64,000 bases of DNA, taken from contig JAZDQA010000010.1 in assembly GCA_043797085.1 (NCBI GenBank), positions 59,732 through 123,731 on the forward strand. The letters are read 5' to 3'. The notes beneath the pieces were generated by a model, which ran no database searches, was not told where the DNA came from, and saw nothing but the letters and a program-made list of their open reading frames with translations. A program made the translations under genes and the position numbers. Shown piece by piece: positions 63,072 through 64,000 of this stretch. Each line of letters opens with the position of its first letter. The stretch's first letter is position 1. The DNA comes from Pseudomonadota bacterium (GTDB lineage Bacteria > Campylobacterota > Campylobacteria > Campylobacterales > Sulfurimonadaceae).

Positions 63072-63771
63072 AGAGTTGAATGCTCCAAAATACTAAGAAC
63101 CCTGCGAACAACCAAAGCGTAGAGGATGGTTTTTCTTCTACGACGTGTGCTTCGATCAACAATTCATCCGTTACCAAATACAATAGTGCTGCTACACCAA
63201 AGGCTAAGATTGCACTGATAATACTCGTAGAAGCACCCGCCAAGAGATAATTACCCAGCAACGTACCTGTTAAAACCACACCCGCTAATAAAAGCGTCAT
63301 GACCAAAACACGCCAGCCTTTGATCGTATCAGAAACCAATGCCAACCCTAAAAAGAGCAGTTCGACCGATAAGCCCAAGGCTAAAACCAAACCGGTATTG
63401 CCCCCTGCGGCAAATCCTGCCCCGATGATAAAGCCATCTACGGCGACATCAATAAACGTTGCCGCAATCAAACCGTAGTTAAACGCATTCTCTCCCGAAT
63501 GCTCCTCTTTACTCTCAAGACCGATACTCCACAATTTCATCAGATACATAAGTATGCCGCCCACAGCAAAAGAACCAATCAAAACCCATGCGGGTGCGTG
63601 CTCACGTCCAAGCTCAGGTAAAACTTCTACGGCTAAAGCTGCGAGGACAACACCTGCTGCAAAATGTTGAATTAAACTGCGAGCATTGTGGGATGGGTTC
63701 CAAAAAATAGCTAAAATTCCTCCAAATGAGGCAACAATTGCAGGAATAAGCATGGCGATTAGGGGTGTCAT
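63058..63771 (-). CDS. ZIP/GufA-like metal transporter
   Basis: Multi-TM; QHFAAGVVLAA..EVLPE, DVAVDGFIIG and LLYLVTDELLIEAH. Confidence 0.75.
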   Translation of the reverse strand: MTPLIAMLIPAIVASFGGILAIFWNPSHNARSLIQHFAAGVVLAALAVEVLPELGREHAPAWVLIGSFAVGGILMYLMKLWSIGLESKEEHSGENAFNYGLIAATFIDVAVDGFIIGAGFAAGGNTGLVLALGLSVELLFLGLALVSDTIKGWRVLVMTLLLAGVVLTGTLLGNYLLAGASTSIISAILAFGVAALLYLVTDELLIEAHVVEEKPSSTLWLFAGFLVFWSIQLFSVA

Positions 63772-64000
63772 AGTAATACTCTTTCTTGAGCTAATGTTAT
63801 TTTTTAAATCAAACTATACCCCAATAAGCTTCTAAAAAAGAGTAGAAATTGCTTCTTCATAAAATTAGGTCACAAATAGAGAGCCATGCCCATACGTGTA
63901 AAACTTTTTCTATAAAACAACAAAAAACATTTTAGTTTAATATTTATTTCGGTATAGTTTACGAATTTAAAATAACAACTATTAATCTTAAAGGTTTTTT

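Overview
Chromosomal window from a Campylobacterota bacterium; gene content and promoter style resemble Sulfuricurvum/Sulfurimonas (inference). It contains core housekeeping genes (dnaK partial, grpE, comF, lepA, prs, argJ, rpmB, rpe, trpF, accA-fabF-acpP-fabG, gpmI, mraY, murD, tRNA-Phe, ahpC). It also carries a ~26 kb Wzx/Wzy-type exopolysaccharide/capsule locus (about 9.5-35.8 kb) with three tandem mosaic CapK-like adenylating enzymes, a deacetylase-glycosyltransferase fusion, an apparently kinase-dead Wzc and a beta-helix lipoprotein on a Pro/Thr repeat stalk. The best candidate for an undescribed system is a tightly coupled five-gene operon at 52.7-56.7 kb: selU(mnmH), selD, a Tat-exported transglutaminase-like protein, a TusA/YedF-MerT fusion and a MerP-like protein. 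It links selenium activation to a Mer-like thiol relay, has no merA/merR in the window, and has a perfect 16-bp palindrome in its promoter. Non-coding finds: a 133-bp element with perfect 34-bp inverted repeats after comF, a GTAG-hairpin (REP-like) repeat family with covarying stems, a related 77-bp tandem array between fabG and acpP, HAIR-like operators at grpE and three candidate leaderless mRNAs. All product calls come from motif recognition by eye; no database search was run.
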